64,000 nucleotides of DNA from Pocillopora damicornis (Eukaryota): NCBI RefSeq assembly GCF_003704095.1, contig NW_020847034.1:62001-126000 (forward strand), written 5' to 3'. The stretch's first letter is position 1. Each line of letters begins with the position of its first letter. Position numbers and translations under genes: made by a program. Below are positions 60,044 through 64,000 of this stretch, one piece after another. The notes beneath the pieces are model-generated. The model ran no database searches, had not been told where the DNA came from, and saw only the letters and a list, made by a program, of their open reading frames with translations.

Positions 60044-61878
60044 CATGGATTGGCGCCATGGCCATGGGTCTAAACTTCTTTTTTGGTCCTATATCAAGTG
60101 CATTGTGTGATCGTTTTGGATGCCGTGTTGTGTCCTTTGCTGGTGCGTTACTATCCGTCTCAGGGTTGTTCCTAACCTCCTTCATACAGGAAGTTCATAA
60201 GATGTATGTGACCTACGGACTTGTATGGGGAATAGGTTCTAGTTTCTCCTTTGTGTCGTCCATCGTTGTCCTGGGTCAATACTTTGATAGAAGATTGGCG
60301 CTTGCCAATGGGATTGCAACATCCGGAAGTGGGGTAGGCTCTCTTGTTGCCGGGCCGGTCATAAATTACCTATTGGCATCAGTCGGATGGAAACACTCCA
60401 TGCGCATTTTGAGCGCGTTTGCTGGACTGTTATGGATTGCAGCTATGATCTTTAAACCAAGGAAAAATCTTCAGTCTACCAAGGAAAGAAGATGTACCAA
60501 GTTATTTGATACTTCAATATGGAAGAGTAAAGCGTACGTTTTGTGGGTCACTACTGTAGCTGTGTTTCAATTTGGTTATCTCATTCCATTTATTCACCTG
60601 GTAAGTTGTATCGCTATTTGTTTAATACGCAACAAAATTTCTCTTTCCTGATTGGTCGGTGACAAATACATAAAAGGTTATAGACTGCCCTTCGGGATCT
60701 TCCTAATTCAATCTCATTACTAAATCATCGTTTAAAGATAAGTTAGGTGGATAATTTCTAAAGCTGAAAGCCTCATGAAGAATTAAGGGCCACCGTTCGA
60801 AACCCCAGCTTTAGAAACTCTCTTCGGTGGACTATTTACATTATCGACTGAGTAGATAAGACCAAGTTATTTTAAAATGCCCTCTACCGACGCGGCACCA
60901 CAGTTTTTTGTAGAAACTTATCACCCTTATTCGTTTCGTTATTATCTGCAGGTTAGGTATGCCGAAGATTTAGGAGTTCTAAAATCTAAAGGCGCTTGGC
61001 TGATTGGTTTTCTATCCATCACCTCAACGCTTGGTCGAGTAGTATTTGGCAAGATTTCCGACTTGACATTCGTCAACAGGCTCTACTTGTACCAATTTTC
61101 GATATTTTCCATTGGATTGAGCACTCTCTTGTGTCCTCTGCTCAAAAACTATGCAGGACTTGTGGGTTATGCTTTGATATTTGGATTCTTTGACGGATGT
61201 TTTGTGGGCCAAGTGGCGGTGATTACGGTTGATGTGGTCGGACGCGATAAGCTTTCTCAAGCAGTGGGAAACATGTTTGGAACTCTGGCGATACCAATGA
61301 GTCTTGGTCCTCCGCTTGCAGGTAATCAGCTGTGTGAAAGATAGTGAAATTTTCAATCAAATTTCTATTGTAATCCGGGATTGCCCTTATAGGGTCCGTA
61401 ATTGATCTAAAGAATTTGCTCCACCCTCTTACTTAATTAGATGCGAAGCAAACCGAGTTCTTTATCTTTGTTTCAGTTGCTAAGACTGATCAGTCGATTC
61501 AGCCGTTCAAATGAAAAGGGTCGAGACTAACCTGAAGTTTGCACTCTGTTTTCAGGTTGGCTGCATGAAGTATTCGGTACCTATGATGAAGCATTTTATA
61601 TAGCCGGTTCTGTGGCGTTATTTTCTTCGCTCATGATTTTTGGGGTGAACTGTATGATTCGAAAGCAGTCTATAGCAAGGAGGCAATTGGGATTTAAAAA
61701 CGACACTTCTTTGAATATTTCTGAAGCTGAAACGGCATCTGACTCTGTTTACAAAAATACAGAATCACAGCCGATGCTGGAAGAGGAGCACATTGTCACT
61801 AATAAACTTTGCAAGCTTCACTGCGCATCAAGAACAAGCAAGGAACTTCTGGTGTTTGAGAGAGAAACTGTTTTATAG
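60044..61878 (+). CDS. SLC16A10: MCT10/MCT8-like transporter copy 3 (exons 2-4; first exon not on this contig)
   Basis: Exons 60044-60600, 60952-61321, 61556-61878; close paralog of copy 2; ends FERETVL*. Confidence 0.88.
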
Positions 61879-62138
61879 TATTTTTAGAGATTCTTCGATT
61901 ACTGATAATGCAATTTTCAACAGAGTGTAGAAACTTGTCCAGGACTGCTTTGGTTTTGCTTTGCTTCGCTGTGTCCTTGGTCTAAAAAACTCGGCCTCTT
62001 TTCCAACCAATCAGATGCAAATCTTAAACCAACAGCGANNNNNNNNNNNNNNNNNNNNNNNNNNNNNNNNNNNNNNNNNNNNNNNNNNNNNNNNNNNNNN
62101 NNNNNNNNNNNNNNNNNNNNNNNNNNNNNNNNNNNNNN

Positions 62139-62324
62139 TTTAAAAACGACTCTTCGTTGAGTATCTCTGAAGCTGAAACGGCATCTGACTCTGCTTACAA
62201 AAATACAGAATCACAGCCGATGCTGGAAGAGGAGCACATTTTCACCAATAAACTTTGCAAGTTTCACTGCGCTTTAAGAACAAACAAGAAACTTCTTTTG
62301 GTTGAGAGAGAAACTGTCTTATAG
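62139..62324 (+). CDS. 3' part of a terminal exon of another MCT-like copy (...LLLVERETVL*)
   Basis: Near-copy of 61693-61878 with an open frame; begins at the gap edge. Confidence 0.8.
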   Translation, partial: FKNDSSLSISEAETASDSAYKNTESQPMLEEEHIFTNKLCKFHCALRTNKKLLLVERETVL

Positions 62325-63482
62325 TATTTTTAAAGATTCTTAGATTACTGATAGAGCAATTTTCAACTGAGTGTAGAAACTTGTCAAGGATTGCTTTGTT
62401 TTGCTATATTCCGCTGTGTCCTTGGTCCTAAAAACTCGGCCTCTTTTCCAACCAATCAGATGCAAATCTTAAACCAACAGCGACTTCGTCATTCGCGAAG
62501 TGTGTCCATGAAATAATTTTGCTCTGACACGGTGGATCTAAACACATAGTGTTATCGAATATGCCCCAGCAACCAACTAAAACTAGAAAATATCCCCATG
62601 ATAAACCTCAAGGGACATTCCCCAATTTTTGAACGTTTTGTCTACCACAACGAAAGTGTTGTTTTAGATTCAATTCAAGATGCAGAAGAAGGGACATCGA
62701 ACCGGAGAACACTGAAAAGTAAACATCCCAAGCAAAATGACAGCTGTTAGTAAACATTTTCCTGCGCGTTGCTAAATTATTTGAAAGATAATAAATACAA
62801 CGGCCTCCAGTTAACGTTAAAATATGCATGCATATTTATCCGTAAAAATGATCTGTTCTTCAGCCTTGCAGTTTTCCTGGAGCTTCGCTCTCTGAAAACT
62901 GCTCACGACTTGGGAACTTGATATCTGTACGTATTTTCGCGCCTTAAGAAAGCTATAGTTTATTAAATATCATATATCACGTGGACGTACGTGTTTCAGA
63001 GTTTAGTGGCAGCAATGGGGCTCAGGGATATTTTCAGAAGCAAAGGTTAACTACTGCATTGTTTACGTGAATATCATCGATATTTCATCATGATTTCACA
63101 TACATCGCGTGACCTGACAAGGTCAAGGAACACGAAGTTAAGTTCAGACCAATTACTTTATGCGATAACAAAAAAAAGCATGTTAAAAAACGTTACTGAA
63201 ACGTAAAAGATCTGCGCTAACAAGGGATAAAAGTCGACTCAAGTCACACAGCGTGTAACTAGCGTGACGTCACGGGACGTGACGTACGCACAAGTTGAGG
63301 TAGGTTCATTTCGTAATTAGCGCGCCCGGTTGGTAAACAAACAAGTAGAGCAACCAAGTTCTTTCCGAGAAACTTCGCAAAAGTGTTTGGCTGGTTTGTT
63401 ATTTGTATCTTGAGAAGCACAAAAGCAAAAAGAGTTTCACAAGCTAGGTTCGGGTTGCTAATCAATATTCTGTGATCGAGAA

Positions 63483-63669
63483 ATGAAAAGCGAAAACCGA
63501 GCAGATGATGGACTTACAGGGAAATCGACAAGTCGAGACGGCGGCTATGGCTGGATAGTCTGCTGTGGGACTTTCATCGTAAATTTTGTGGTATTCGGAA
63601 TTCACAACTCATTTGGTGTTGTGTACGTTAACCTGCTCGATGAGTTAAAACTTGGTGCGATGCAAACAG
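63483..63669 (+). CDS. First coding exon of a further MCT-like copy (MKSENRADDGLTGKSTSRDGGYGW...)
   Basis: 187-nt paralog of 54547-54733; donor G|gtaagc. Confidence 0.85.
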
Positions 63670-64000
63670 GTAAGCAAAGAGTTCATTTAGCTGAGCGCCC
63701 GTGCCGGTATGCAGAAGTTACTGATCCATAACTTTTGATGGGTTACTAGTGTCTCTTGGCTTGAGGCTTATGAATTCTCTATTGATACTGAATAGTTATA
63801 AGTAAGATTCAGGATTTATTATATAGATACTGATGAAATACCAGGATAATTCTTTTTGCTAAAAAATCATATCTTCATCGCGTGCGGTGAAGATACTATT
63901 TGTTATCTTTCCCGTGTAATGATATTGGTGTCGCCATGGTTACTAACCTGATTAGCCAATTACAAGATAATTATGGCGCCTGAGCTTCCCGCTCAGGCGC

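Overview
AT-rich, intron-rich animal DNA with five scaffold gaps (17738-17837, 19562-19661, 54276-54359, 57947-58046, 62039-62138). The repeat families look anthozoan, probably stony coral (inference). The left two-thirds (1-43734, minus strand) is the 5' part of one giant dystrophin/utrophin-like gene. I traced 67 GT-AG exons in continuous phase (~11.1 kb CDS, ~3,700 aa): tandem CH1-CH2 actin-binding domain, then about 26 spectrin-type repeats built from a stereotyped two-exon module. A ~200-aa ER/K single-alpha-helix exon and three duplicated linker exons interrupt the rod. The gene runs off the window at base 1 before any C-terminal WW/EF/ZZ or KASH region is seen. Three of its exons lie on a gap-bounded contig that appears flipped in the assembly. 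Divergently transcribed on the plus strand (47089-63669) is a tandem cluster of MCT8/MCT10-like (SLC16A2/SLC16A10) transporter genes: one complete gene and fragments of at least two more; all three visible C-termini end in ETVL. Introns and spacers hold MITEs, tRNA-derived SINEs, degenerate Penelope-type hammerhead-bearing repeats and microsatellites. All exon calls are manual and unsupported by transcript data.
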